From Bacteroidota bacterium (lineage in GTDB: Bacteria > Bacteroidota > Bacteroidia > Bacteroidales > UBA12077), in the NCBI GenBank assembly GCA_034189025.1, contig JAXHVS010000142.1, positions 147 through 64,146 on the forward strand: DNA of 64,000 nucleotides. Reading direction: 5' to 3'. Position 1 is the first letter of the stretch. Each line of letters begins with the position of its first letter. Under the pieces are notes generated by a model. It was not told the origin of the DNA and made no database searches. It saw nothing but the letters and a program-made list of their open reading frames with translations. Shown here piece after piece: positions 38,001 to 47,656 of this stretch. A program made the position numbers and the translations under genes.

Positions 38001-38026
38001 AAGCTGCTATTTGGCAGCTTTTTTTG
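38001..38026 (+). terminator. Rho-independent terminator of glyA
   Basis: aagctgc TATTTG gcagctt followed by tttttgtttg. Confidence 0.75.
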
Positions 38027-38069
38027 TTTGGTTATTTGCTTATATTTATATTTTCTAAAACAGAAGAAA

Positions 38070-38834
38070 ATGGAATGGTATATTATTTTAGTGGTTATAG
38101 GCGTTGGTTTTGTAGCTGGATTTATTAATACATTAGCCGGAAGTGGCTCATTGCTAACCTTACCGATGTTAATGTTTTTAGGATTGCCTGCCAATGTAGC
38201 CAACGGGACAAACCGGATAGGTATTTTGTTTCAAAGTATTGTGGCTTCGGGAAGTTTTAAGAAGCAGGAAGTATTGGATGTTAAAACTGGCTTGTGGCTT
38301 GCCATCCCGAGTGTTATTGGAGCCATTGCCGGGTCAATCTGGGCGGTAAACCTTACCGATGAAATCATGCGGATTTTTATCGGGATTTTGCTGGTGGCTA
38401 TGTTTTTTATCATTTTGTATAAACCCGATGTGTGGATTAAAGAACAGGCAGGAAATATTAAGGGAAAACCTTCCCTGTTACAAATGGTTATTTTTTTTGT
38501 GATAGGCCTTTATGGTGGTTTTATCCAGGCTGGTGTAGGTTTCTTTTTGTTGGGAGGGCTTGTTTTAGGTGCAGGGTATGATTTGGTTAAAGCCAATGCG
38601 ATAAAAGTATTTTTAACCCTTTTGTTTACCATCCCGGCGTTAACCGTTTTCATTATTAATAATCAGGTAAATTTTTTATTGGGAATTATATTAGCTGCAG
38701 GAAGTATGATGGGTGCTTATGTAGCTGCAAAAGTAGCCGTTAGCTGGGGTGCCAAATTTGTACGTTATGTTTTGTTGGTTGCGATTATGGGCTCGGCATT
38801 AAAATTATTTGGTGTTTTTGAGTTGATTTTTTAA
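38070..38834 (+). CDS. TauE/SafE-family anion exporter (paralog 1)
   Basis: Multi-TM. LAGSGSLLTLPMLMFLGLPANVANGTNRIG, with a second-half repeat GGFIQAGVGFFLL. The track start at 38028 is a TTG just past the glyA terminator T-run; the ATG at 38070 is preferred. Confidence 0.8.
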   Translation: MEWYIILVVIGVGFVAGFINTLAGSGSLLTLPMLMFLGLPANVANGTNRIGILFQSIVASGSFKKQEVLDVKTGLWLAIPSVIGAIAGSIWAVNLTDEIMRIFIGILLVAMFFIILYKPDVWIKEQAGNIKGKPSLLQMVIFFVIGLYGGFIQAGVGFFLLGGLVLGAGYDLVKANAIKVFLTLLFTIPALTVFIINNQVNFLLGIILAAGSMMGAYVAAKVAVSWGAKFVRYVLLVAIMGSALKLFGVFELIF

Positions 38835-38836
38835 TA

Positions 38837-39592
38837 ATGGTTGAAGAATTATTACCATACATTTCCATTTTGGTTGGTTTTCTGGCAGGTTTCATTAATG
38901 TATTTGCTGGTGGAGGATCATTGTTAACATTACCGTTACTAATTTTTATGGGATTACCTGCCAATGTAGCCAACGGAACGAACAGGATTGCTCTGCTGAT
39001 GCAAAATGTTGTAGCTACCGGTAGTTTTAAACAGCAAAAAGTTTTAAAATTTAAACAAGCAATATTCCTTGTTATTCCAGCAAGTATTGGCTCAATTATA
39101 GGGGCTGTTATCGCGGTTAATGTGGCCAGTGATGTTTTAGAGAAGATTATTGGCATCATGCTGATACTCATGTTTTTCTTTATCCTCTTTAAACCGGAAA
39201 AATGGTTAAAAACACCAGATGAGCAAATGATGGTGAAACCAACATTTATGCAATTCGTGATATTTTTTGCCATAGGATTGTATGGCGGATTTATACAGGC
39301 AGGTATCGGTTTTTTCTTAATTGCTGCTTTGGTGCTTACGGTAGGAGTTGATTTGGTAAAAGCTAATGCTTTAAAATTGTTTATTGTTTTAATTTACAAT
39401 ACCCTTGCCTTTGTTGTTTTTGTATTAAATCACCAGGTAGACTATAAAATCGGGCTAATATTGGGAATTGGCAATATGTTAGGAGCATTTGTAGCTACGC
39501 GTGTTGCGGTAAAAAAAGGGCCGCAATTTGCCCGCTATGTTTTGTTGATAGCGTTGGTTATCTCTTCGTTGAAATTATTGGGAGCTTTCTAA
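38837..39592 (+). CDS. TauE/SafE-family anion exporter (paralog 2)
   Basis: FAGGGSLLTLPLLIFMGLPANVANGTNRIA. Colinear with paralog 1. Starts 2 nt after its stop. Confidence 0.8.
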   Translation: MVEELLPYISILVGFLAGFINVFAGGGSLLTLPLLIFMGLPANVANGTNRIALLMQNVVATGSFKQQKVLKFKQAIFLVIPASIGSIIGAVIAVNVASDVLEKIIGIMLILMFFFILFKPEKWLKTPDEQMMVKPTFMQFVIFFAIGLYGGFIQAGIGFFLIAALVLTVGVDLVKANALKLFIVLIYNTLAFVVFVLNHQVDYKIGLILGIGNMLGAFVATRVAVKKGPQFARYVLLIALVISSLKLLGAF

Positions 39593-39596
39593 TGGT

Positions 39597-40406
39597 TTAT
39601 TGTAACCTGAAATAATAAGTAATTGTCCCTCTTTGGTATGCCGGTGCATCTGGCTTGCGGTCAAACTTGGCTTTAAGCGCTGCTTTTTTAGCTGCAGCAA
39701 GTAAAGTTGCTTCTAAGGTAGTACTTCCCTTAACTCCGGGGTTAGCATCGGCAACATTTCCATACTTATCAACAGTAATTTCTACTACCACCTTTCCTTC
39801 AATCTGATAGTTGTATTCCGGCTTAGGTAGCGATTCCGGGTTTCGGCCTTCGAGACTGTAGTTTATGCCATTATTCCCTGAACTGTTCAGGTCTGAATAA
39901 TTGTCTGATTCTGTAGAACCGGTTTTAGCTCCCTGGTTGCCTTCTCCTTCGGTTATTCCCTCGCTGGTATTGTCATTATCTTTTTTACTGCCAGTGAATA
40001 ATGCTTGTTGATTAACTTCCCGTTCTTCTTCTTCTTTCTCTTCTTGCGTATTTTGTTCTGTTTCCTTTTTAGTTTCTTCAGTTTTTTCTTTTTCGCCTTG
40101 CTCTTTTACAGCAGGAGCCTCTTCAAAATACTGTGTTATTGAACCATCTTCGGTTGGAGTGGGAGATGTTTCCCTGCTAGTTTCTTCGGTTTGTTTGGCC
40201 GTTTGTTGCTTTTCGGGTTCTGCTATTTGAGGCTCCATAGCTCCAGCTGCAAATTCATCCTCGCCAAAATTTATTAAAATACCCTCTTCTCCTGGTAAAG
40301 GCAAAGGGGTAGAATAACCAAAAAGCATAAAAATCACAACAACAATTGCATGGAAAATAATTGTCCCGATAATTCCTGTTTTATGCTTTTTAATAAATTC
40401 AGACAT
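39597..40406 (-). CDS. tonB: TonB-family energy transducer
   Basis: N-terminal anchor IGTIIFHAIVVVIFMLF, long acidic E/K/T/Q-rich linker, C-terminal TonB_C (KPEYNYQIEGKVVVEITVDKYGNV...AAAKKAALKAKF). Downstream of exbB-exbD. Confidence 0.75.
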   Translation of the reverse strand: MSEFIKKHKTGIIGTIIFHAIVVVIFMLFGYSTPLPLPGEEGILINFGEDEFAAGAMEPQIAEPEKQQTAKQTEETSRETSPTPTEDGSITQYFEEAPAVKEQGEKEKTEETKKETEQNTQEEKEEEEREVNQQALFTGSKKDNDNTSEGITEGEGNQGAKTGSTESDNYSDLNSSGNNGINYSLEGRNPESLPKPEYNYQIEGKVVVEITVDKYGNVADANPGVKGSTTLEATLLAAAKKAALKAKFDRKPDAPAYQRGTITYYFRLQ

Positions 40407-40418
40407 ATTTAAGGTCCT

Positions 40419-40817
40419 TTATTTTGCTGTTGTAGCTAGGATTAATTTCCACCTGTTATCTTTTGCAATATTCATTATTTTTACAACTTCCTGCATAGGT
40501 ACTGTCCGGTGTACATGCAAAGAAATGGTTGGTTCTTCAATATTTTCCTGGCTGAACCGATGTTGTAATATTCCTTCTATATCTTCAAAAGGAACCTGAT
40601 TTGTTCCTATATAAAAATTTAAGTCCTGTGATATAGAAACGCTTGCAATGGGTGATGCCGATGTTTGATGAGAACTTTGAGGTAACAATAATTTTAACGC
40701 ATTAGGGGCAATCAATGTTGATGTTACCATAAAAAATATCAACAACAGAAATACAATGTCTGTCATAGATGACATACTGAAACTTGAATCTACTTTACTT
40801 CTTCTTTTTAATGCCAT
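40419..40817 (-). CDS. exbD: ExbD/TolR biopolymer transport protein
   Basis: 132 aa. MTDIVFLLLIFFMVTSTL anchor and ExbD periplasmic domain. Confidence 0.85.
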   Translation of the reverse strand: MALKRRSKVDSSFSMSSMTDIVFLLLIFFMVTSTLIAPNALKLLLPQSSHQTSASPIASVSISQDLNFYIGTNQVPFEDIEGILQHRFSQENIEEPTISLHVHRTVPMQEVVKIMNIAKDNRWKLILATTAK

Positions 40818-40833
40818 AATCGGTTTGTTTTAA

Positions 40834-41532
40834 TTATTCAACCGGTTCGTATAATAAATCCATGAATTCAGAAGTATTTGCTTCTAACTGAAAAATCACT
40901 TTTTCAATTTTAGCCACTAAAATATTATAAGCCAGATAAGCTACAATACCCACCATCAATCCGGCAACAGTAGTAACCATTGCGGTATATATTCCATTGG
41001 ATAATAGTGCCACATCAATATTATTTCCAGCATTAGCCATATCGTAAAAAGCTCTAATCATTCCCATAACCGTCCCTAAAAAACCAAGCATAGGAGCTGC
41101 TCCGGCAGCAGTTGCTAGTGTTGGTAAACTTTTTTCTAATTTAGAAATTTCCAGGTTTCCAACATTTTCAATGGCTGCATTAATATCATTCAACGGACGC
41201 CCTATGCGCTGCAATCCTTTTTCAATCATCCTTGCCACAGGGCTATCGGTTGATTGACAAAGAGCCATTGCCGAATCTAATTTATCATCATGAATATAAT
41301 CTTTTATTTTATTCATAAAATTAACATCGGTTTGGGATGCTTTTTTTATAGCAAAATATCTTTCAATAAAAATATAAACAGCCAAAATGGAAAGAATTAG
41401 GATAGGAATCATTATCCATCCGCCTTTAAGCGAAAGTTCCCAATATGATAAGGTTAACTCTCCTGCTTCTTCGTTGGCTGTTGCAATGCTGTCGGTAACA
41501 TTTATTTGCAGTAATAATAATAGCTTTTCCAT
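40834..41532 (-). CDS. exbB: MotA/TolQ/ExbB proton channel
   Basis: 3 TM. LATAAGAAPMLGFLGTVMGMIRAF. Confidence 0.85.
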   Translation of the reverse strand: MEKLLLLLQINVTDSIATANEEAGELTLSYWELSLKGGWIMIPILILSILAVYIFIERYFAIKKASQTDVNFMNKIKDYIHDDKLDSAMALCQSTDSPVARMIEKGLQRIGRPLNDINAAIENVGNLEISKLEKSLPTLATAAGAAPMLGFLGTVMGMIRAFYDMANAGNNIDVALLSNGIYTAMVTTVAGLMVGIVAYLAYNILVAKIEKVIFQLEANTSEFMDLLYEPVE

Positions 41533-41617
41533 ACAATATTTTAATTAATCCAGTTTATAAACGTTAAACATTTTATTAAAAATATTTTCAAAGGTAAAAA
41601 TACTTTAAATTTCTTAT

Positions 41618-44600
41618 TTAATTTTCTTTATCTTTTTTCTTGCTACTGAAATTGTTCCAAAAACGGCTCATTAATTCTGAAAAAGAGTTAAACTCTTCTC
41701 TGTAAAATATACCTACACCCTGGGTATAAGGGGCATTTTCGTATAAAATACGATCGTTTGACTCGTTAAATGCTTTTAATCGGAGTTTTCCGTTTTTTGT
41801 TAATTTCACATCCACCCTGAAATCACCTACCAGGTTGGTTGTTTGTCCTCCGTAACCAACATTCCCATTGATGCTAACCCGATCGTTTAAAAGCTGTGTA
41901 GAAAGGGCAACCTCTACCTGATCTCGGCTGATTTCATCTCCTGGCCTATAGTTAATACCGATATCCCATTCTTCGCTAATTTGAGAAAGCCAGTGACTAA
42001 GTTGGTTGGATAAAAGCTCGCTAGTGGTAACAGAACCCAGCCCGGATGTTCCGCTTTCGGCCAGATAGTTTTCTGTACCCTGCTGTTGTTCTGGCATAAA
42101 AGAATTAAGAACCAATAAAGATAAAAATTGCTTGTTTAGTTTTTCCTGCGTATTAATGGTAGATTTAACCCGTGTATTGATTTCGTCATCGGCAGTAGGT
42201 AAATTGATATCGAAGCGGATATTGGGGTTCATTAAATTATCCGATAAATAAATTTGACATTCTACAGGAATTCTTCTACGATAGAAATCTGATGAATCTT
42301 CAGGAAATAAATTAGTTAACTGGGTACGCAAATTATATATTGCTTCAATATCAATATTTGCATTATATGGAGCACCGCTCCATAATATGGTTCCTCCACG
42401 TTCAATTTCAAATTTTTTATTAATCACATTTTGTAGGGTAAACAGATAATCTCCTTCTTCTATAGAGTAATCACCATACATATTAAAAATATTGTTTGCA
42501 TCAATTTTCATTTTAAGGTTTCCTTCACCACGTGCTCGTATGATATCGCCAATTTTAGAATCGAATATTAAAAGGGCTTCAGCTTCGGGAGTAACTTCAA
42601 GATCGAAATTCAAACGAAATCCGGAAAGATCAATATTATAATCATCTTGTAATTCTTCTGAGGTTTTTTGAGTGTTAATAAATCTAACAAAACCTGATTC
42701 TTTAGCTGAGCCTGATTTTGATAATGGAATATTTATTTTAGTATTACGTTCTGTCCGGCCAGAAATATTAACTAATACATTGCCCAAATTACTCCCGGAA
42801 ATATTAATTACGCCCGACATAAATGCTTTTCCATAAAAATTTTCGTTATCAATACCCGTAGTGTTTAAGGCCAGAATGTTATCCGTATTAATATCGAAAT
42901 TAAAAAGGATGTTTTTTTGTGCTTCAAATTTAACATATCCATTAGTAAATGCTTGATTTCCCAAATGGTCTAAAATTTTAAAACGATTGAAAAGTAAAGT
43001 ATTATTTTCAATTTTTGTTTCGGTTGTAAAATAATATTTTGTTTTAATATAATCGATGGCCATTGTAGCATTATTTAGCTCCAAATTCCCGTTAAACAAA
43101 GGTTTTTTCAATGTTCCGTTTATTTTAACATTCCCTGAGGATTTCCCTGATATATCGTAGGCAAAACTGCTGAGAAATGGATTAAGGATTGAAAGATTAA
43201 GCTGATTTGGCTGGATGTCAAAATCGAGTGTTTGATCAACCGGAAAATAATGGCCTGAAATTGTTAAATTTTTTCTATCGTCCTGTTGTGTATATGCATC
43301 AAGTTTTATAGCTTTTTTGTCTTCTATCCAGGTTGTAAAAATTTGCGTATAGCCTAGTTTTTGGTTGTTTAATTTTAATTGATTTACCGAAATTTCTGAA
43401 TGAAATAACGGATTTTGGTAAAGGCTTGAAAAGCTTGCATTACCGTTAATTCTCCCATCAAATTCAAGTTTTTTATTTTGTGTTAAAATATTAATATGTG
43501 AAAGCTTGATATCGTGGAAACTTAAAAATAAGGAATCATTTATATTTTCTGATATTTTTCCATTTACCTTAAGGAATTGATTTTTATGGTTAATGGTAAA
43601 ATTATCAATGGTAAAAGCGGTGGAATCAATTTTTAAGGATGATTTATTTATATTCCAAATTGAATCTTGTACAATTATTTTTGAGGGTAAAACGGTGATA
43701 TCAAAAGAAGGATCATCATATGCCTTTTTTTGTTTTATTAGCGTAGAAGCTAGAATCTTTCCGTTGTATTCATCTTTTTCATCTTTATTATCCCAATCGA
43801 TTTTTAGGTGAATATCGTTTTGGTTTGTTATGGATGTAGTTTTAAAATTTTCAAGATATATTTGATTGTTTAAAAGAATACTTTTTGTTTTTGTTGATGT
43901 GGTAAAAATACTGTCGTTTGAAATAGTTTTTATTAATAATTGATTGAAAGTATGTTTATTAAAGGATGCTTTTTTAGCAAGTGCATTTAAAATAAGTTGT
44001 TTCTGAGGTTCAAGGTATTGTAGATTTACTTTTGCGCTATCACTTATTTTAATTGATGGAAGGAAAAAATAGGTTAAAAGCTTTGTATCTTTTAAATCGA
44101 CATTTAAGTGAAAATTATTTGAAGAATTAGTTGTTAATGTATCTGTTGGACTTTTTATTAAAGCAGGCATATAGGTAAAAAACAAGTTTTTCATCGACTG
44201 AAAAAGGGTTGACGGCTGGTAATCTCCAACTAATATTGCATCGATATAATCAGATTTTAAGGTGATTTTATGTGTGTCTGGGAATTGTTCTGCAATAATT
44301 TTTAAAGTATCGAAACGCATAGTTTCGTTGAGTTTAGTTAATTCCATTTCTGAAAAATTAATTTCACCTACCGCATTGTCTAAGTTTATACCTGTAAAAT
44401 TGGCATTAACATTAAATGATAAAAAAGCAGAGGTATCTTTTGGGTCAATATTTAGTCCGTATAATTTAGCTTTAGGTACATTGGCTGTAAAATTAAAATC
44501 GGGAACTTCGGTTGAAAAATCAATATCTCCAATAAAATCGAACGCGATATTGGGGTCGCTAATACTTAAAATTCCGTCATAGGTTTTTTCCGTTAAATAA

Positions 44601-46015
44601 CCATCCAAAATAATATTTTGATAATTATAGTTGTTAACTAAAATATTTTGAATAACACCTTCTGTGTTGGCTTTTAGGGTCTTATCTCTTCCAAACACTC
44701 CTTCTATTTGAGCATTCATCGTAATTTTACCAACGGTTTCACTATTAGTTATTAATTCTCCAACCCTAAAGTCTGTAGTTTCTAGCTTTCCATCAAAAGC
44801 AAGTGTTCTTGAAGTATCTGGTTTTAAAGATAAGTCAGTAGATATATTACCTAAATCTGTAGAGAAGTTTCCATAAGTAACAAAATCATCTATAAATCCG
44901 GTAAAGTTACCTTCATAATTAATAACACCAAGATTATTAAGGTTTTGAGGAATAGTAAATTTTTGACTTCCGTTGGTAAATTTATTGATAATCTCAAAAT
45001 CTTTAATAACAGATTTAAATTTTTTAAAGTTTGCATATATAAATGTTTCATTAAAGTTTGGCAATCCGATAAAGTCAAAGTCTGTTATTAGTTCGGTTTG
45101 TTCGCCAACATGAAATTTAACTTCTTTTCCTTTTAGAGAGTTAATTCTACCATGTATTCGCCCAGAAACAACAAGATTTAAATCAATATTGCTTAATTTA
45201 GGGGAGAAGTATTGAATATCATTAAAACTAATATTGGATTCGCGGAATGCAAAATCAAGATTAACCAATTCGGTAAAATTTTTGTAATCTTCAAAGTCAT
45301 TATGCCTAAACGATAAAGAGTCGGAGTAGATAAAAGAATTAGGTGTTCTGATTTTTATATTCTTAAACAACATGTGTTGTTTTCCAATACTCATATTTGT
45401 TTTTAAGTTGTAAACTTTAAAACCTGATTGTTCAGTAAATTTTAGGTTTTTAATATTGAAATCTACCACGTTATTTTTTATTGTCAGGTTTCGAATATCC
45501 AGATCATCAATAAAACAAATTAATTCACTAAAATTAATGCTATTGCTTTTATTAACCTCTTTGTAATTTCTAAAACCGAAAACCGTTTGATGCATTTCGA
45601 TATTGCGGATATTAATTGCCCAACGAGGTTTAGTATTCGTACTGTCTCGTTTAATATGGTCAATAATGAATTTTAGGTTTATTGGAGCAAGGGAGTCGGG
45701 TTTGTGTAAATAAAGTCGGGCATGTAAAAGGCTAATATTGTTAATGTCAATTTCTCTTTTCTCGGTCTCTACTCTTCTTAAATTGGCAATAATCTCCTTT
45801 GCAAATAATAATGAATCTTTTTGTTGATCCTCAATAAAAACATTTTTTAAAACGATTTTATTGAAAAAACGATAGTTAACCGATTCGACTTGAAATTTTG
45901 CATTTAAATTTTCTGATATTGTTTTAGCAACTTTCTGGATAATATATGTTTGTACGTTGTTGTTTTGTAAAACAAAGTAAGCCGTTGCTGGAATAACAAT
46001 AAAAATAACCAGCAA
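41618..46015 (-). CDS. tamB: TamB-like translocation and assembly module protein (AsmA-like, DUF490 C-terminus)
   Basis: 1465 aa. N-terminal membrane anchor, long beta-rich repetitive body, C-terminal ...LSTQLLNDRVSINGNVGY...FRVDVKLTKNGKLRLKAFNE typical of TamB. Divergent from tsaD, as in many Bacteroidota. The track start is TTG 46015 and there is no in-frame ATG nearby. Confidence 0.75.
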   Translation of the reverse strand: MLVIFIVIPATAYFVLQNNNVQTYIIQKVAKTISENLNAKFQVESVNYRFFNKIVLKNVFIEDQQKDSLLFAKEIIANLRRVETEKREIDINNISLLHARLYLHKPDSLAPINLKFIIDHIKRDSTNTKPRWAINIRNIEMHQTVFGFRNYKEVNKSNSINFSELICFIDDLDIRNLTIKNNVVDFNIKNLKFTEQSGFKVYNLKTNMSIGKQHMLFKNIKIRTPNSFIYSDSLSFRHNDFEDYKNFTELVNLDFAFRESNISFNDIQYFSPKLSNIDLNLVVSGRIHGRINSLKGKEVKFHVGEQTELITDFDFIGLPNFNETFIYANFKKFKSVIKDFEIINKFTNGSQKFTIPQNLNNLGVINYEGNFTGFIDDFVTYGNFSTDLGNISTDLSLKPDTSRTLAFDGKLETTDFRVGELITNSETVGKITMNAQIEGVFGRDKTLKANTEGVIQNILVNNYNYQNIILDGYLTEKTYDGILSISDPNIAFDFIGDIDFSTEVPDFNFTANVPKAKLYGLNIDPKDTSAFLSFNVNANFTGINLDNAVGEINFSEMELTKLNETMRFDTLKIIAEQFPDTHKITLKSDYIDAILVGDYQPSTLFQSMKNLFFTYMPALIKSPTDTLTTNSSNNFHLNVDLKDTKLLTYFFLPSIKISDSAKVNLQYLEPQKQLILNALAKKASFNKHTFNQLLIKTISNDSIFTTSTKTKSILLNNQIYLENFKTTSITNQNDIHLKIDWDNKDEKDEYNGKILASTLIKQKKAYDDPSFDITVLPSKIIVQDSIWNINKSSLKIDSTAFTIDNFTINHKNQFLKVNGKISENINDSLFLSFHDIKLSHINILTQNKKLEFDGRINGNASFSSLYQNPLFHSEISVNQLKLNNQKLGYTQIFTTWIEDKKAIKLDAYTQQDDRKNLTISGHYFPVDQTLDFDIQPNQLNLSILNPFLSSFAYDISGKSSGNVKINGTLKKPLFNGNLELNNATMAIDYIKTKYYFTTETKIENNTLLFNRFKILDHLGNQAFTNGYVKFEAQKNILFNFDINTDNILALNTTGIDNENFYGKAFMSGVINISGSNLGNVLVNISGRTERNTKINIPLSKSGSAKESGFVRFINTQKTSEELQDDYNIDLSGFRLNFDLEVTPEAEALLIFDSKIGDIIRARGEGNLKMKIDANNIFNMYGDYSIEEGDYLFTLQNVINKKFEIERGGTILWSGAPYNANIDIEAIYNLRTQLTNLFPEDSSDFYRRRIPVECQIYLSDNLMNPNIRFDINLPTADDEINTRVKSTINTQEKLNKQFLSLLVLNSFMPEQQQGTENYLAESGTSGLGSVTTSELLSNQLSHWLSQISEEWDIGINYRPGDEISRDQVEVALSTQLLNDRVSINGNVGYGGQTTNLVGDFRVDVKLTKNGKLRLKAFNESNDRILYENAPYTQGVGIFYREEFNSFSELMSRFWNNFSSKKKDKEN

Positions 46016-46120
46016 AACAATGATTAATATTTTATATAATTTTTTAATACTTTTGCCCTTTAATTACCTAACGCAAAAGAACTAAAAAAAATTATAAAAA
46101 TTATAAAATCCGTAGAATAA

Positions 46121-47140
46121 ATGAGCACTACAATATTAGGAATTGAATCATCGTGTGACGACACCTCGGCAGCTGTGATTAAAGACGGGTATGTTTTATC
46201 GAATTATATTGCAAATCAGGATGTTCATAAGTCTTATGGAGGAGTAGTGCCCGAATTGGCTTCCAGAGCTCATCAACAAAACATCATCCCTGTAGTTGAC
46301 CAAGCTTTAAAAACAGCGGGTGTTAGCAAAGAGGAGGTTAGTGCTGTAGCTTTTACCCGTGGCCCTGGATTGTTAGGTTCTTTGCTGGTAGGCACATCGT
46401 TTTCAAAATCTTTTGCTTTAGCTATGGATATTCCTTTAGTTGAGGTTAATCACTTACAAGCACATATATTAGTTCATTTTATTAAACAATTTGAAAAAGA
46501 AAATAAACAACCGGATTTCCCTTTTTTATGTTTATTGGTTTCGGGGGGGCATACGCAAATTGTTGTGGTTAAAGACTATTTGGATATGCAAATTATTGGG
46601 CAAACTATAGACGATGCTGCTGGTGAAGCCTTTGATAAATGTGCAAAAGTAATTGGCTTGCCTTATCCGGGAGGCCCTGTAATTGATAAAAATGCTAAAC
46701 TGGGAAATAAAGAAGCTTTTACCTTTAACAAACCTAAAATTAAAGATTTAGATTATAGCTTTAGCGGGTTAAAAACTTCGTTTTTATATTTTATTCGAGA
46801 TGAGATGAAAAAAGATACTGACTTTATAAAAAAAAATATAAATGATCTTTGCGCCAGCATACAGTATACTATTATCGATATTTTAATGGAAAAGCTAGTA
46901 ATAGCATCCAAACAAACTGGAATTAAACAAATTGCTGTTGCCGGGGGTGTTTCTGCTAATTCTGGATTAAGAAATGCATTAATTGATACAGCTAAAAAGA
47001 ATGGTTGGCAAACATATATTCCAGAATTTAAGTTTACAACCGATAATGCTGCAATGATTGCTATAACAGGTTATTATAAGTATCTAAAAAAAGATTTTGC
47101 AAACCAGGATATTGCTCCGGTAGCCCGGTTTGTATATTAA
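46121..47140 (+). CDS. tsaD: tRNA N6-adenosine threonylcarbamoyltransferase
   Basis: ILGIESSCDDTSAAV, HQQNI, GGHTQ, AVAGGVSANSGLR. Confidence 0.95.
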   Translation: MSTTILGIESSCDDTSAAVIKDGYVLSNYIANQDVHKSYGGVVPELASRAHQQNIIPVVDQALKTAGVSKEEVSAVAFTRGPGLLGSLLVGTSFSKSFALAMDIPLVEVNHLQAHILVHFIKQFEKENKQPDFPFLCLLVSGGHTQIVVVKDYLDMQIIGQTIDDAAGEAFDKCAKVIGLPYPGGPVIDKNAKLGNKEAFTFNKPKIKDLDYSFSGLKTSFLYFIRDEMKKDTDFIKKNINDLCASIQYTIIDILMEKLVIASKQTGIKQIAVAGGVSANSGLRNALIDTAKKNGWQTYIPEFKFTTDNAAMIAITGYYKYLKKDFANQDIAPVARFVY

Positions 47141-47276
47141 ATGAATTATTTATTTTTGCCTGCTTTATTTAATTTTACATTTACCTGATCAATTGTTACC
47201 ATGCAGCCTTTATACATTTCTTTGAGCATAGGCTCTATTTGAAAATAAAATTTTTCTATTTTGTCTGTTTCATCAA

Positions 47277-47435
47277 CTATTTTAATAATCCCAATAAAAA
47301 ACTATCTGCAATATTAACCAATAATGTTCTTAAAGAAATGGCTGATTAAGCTGGTATTAAATTTATTTTTGATATATAATAGCGGGCAATACTGCCTGCA
47401 AATCCTCCCAGTCCAATAAAAAGTGCTGTTTTCAT
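47277..47435 (-). pseudogene. crcB: crcB (fluoride channel FluC) remnant with in-frame stops, truncated
   Basis: The reverse strand from ATG 47435 reads MKTALFIGLGGFAGSIARYYISKINLIPA-TAA(47348-47346)-SAISLRTLLVNIADSFLLGLLK-TAG(47279-47277). The G-x-GG-x-x-GS-x-x-RY and GTLLVN-x-x-G/D-SF-x-x-G blocks are CrcB hallmarks. Only about the first half of a CrcB is present. Confidence 0.6.
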
Positions 47436-47469
47436 TATTACTAAAATTTACCAAATATAAAAAGTTTAA

Positions 47470-47645
47470 TTTTAACCTAAGTTGAGCGATATAAGTAAAA
47501 CGAAATAGCGCTTTACTTAGGCTTAACCCCAACATAGAAATTGTATGTTTTCACTGAATGAGTGAAGTGAAAACTTTACTATTTCTTCGTCGTGAGCGAA
47601 AACCTTTAGCTCATGGCCAAAGGGAATAATCGCTTAATTTGGGTT
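47470..47645. repeat. GC-rich structured intergenic element (mosaic repeat family)
   Basis: Hairpin gttttcac-12 nt-gtgaaaac (47547-47574). GTGAGCGAAAACC and cctttAGCTCATGGCCaaagg hairpins. Word content (GTGA.., ..AACCCC, CTTTAGC) is shared with the elements at 2705, 4560, 12265 and 34650. Confidence 0.4.
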
Positions 47646-47656
47646 TAAATTAGTTG

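Noticed and set aside
38785-39273. 162-aa antisense ORF across the TauE paralog 2 gene
   Set aside because: The sense strand encodes a conserved TauE/SafE protein paralogous to its neighbour. The antisense frame has no motif.
47314-47535. 73-aa ORF on the minus strand
   Set aside because: It overlaps the crcB remnant in a different frame and runs into the hairpin repeats. The CrcB-like frame explains the region better.
47436-47656. Fluoride riboswitch upstream of the crcB remnant
   Set aside because: Reading the minus strand, I could not find the conserved GGxGAUGG...AACCGCC...UGAUGA core. The region is instead filled with repeat-type hairpins.
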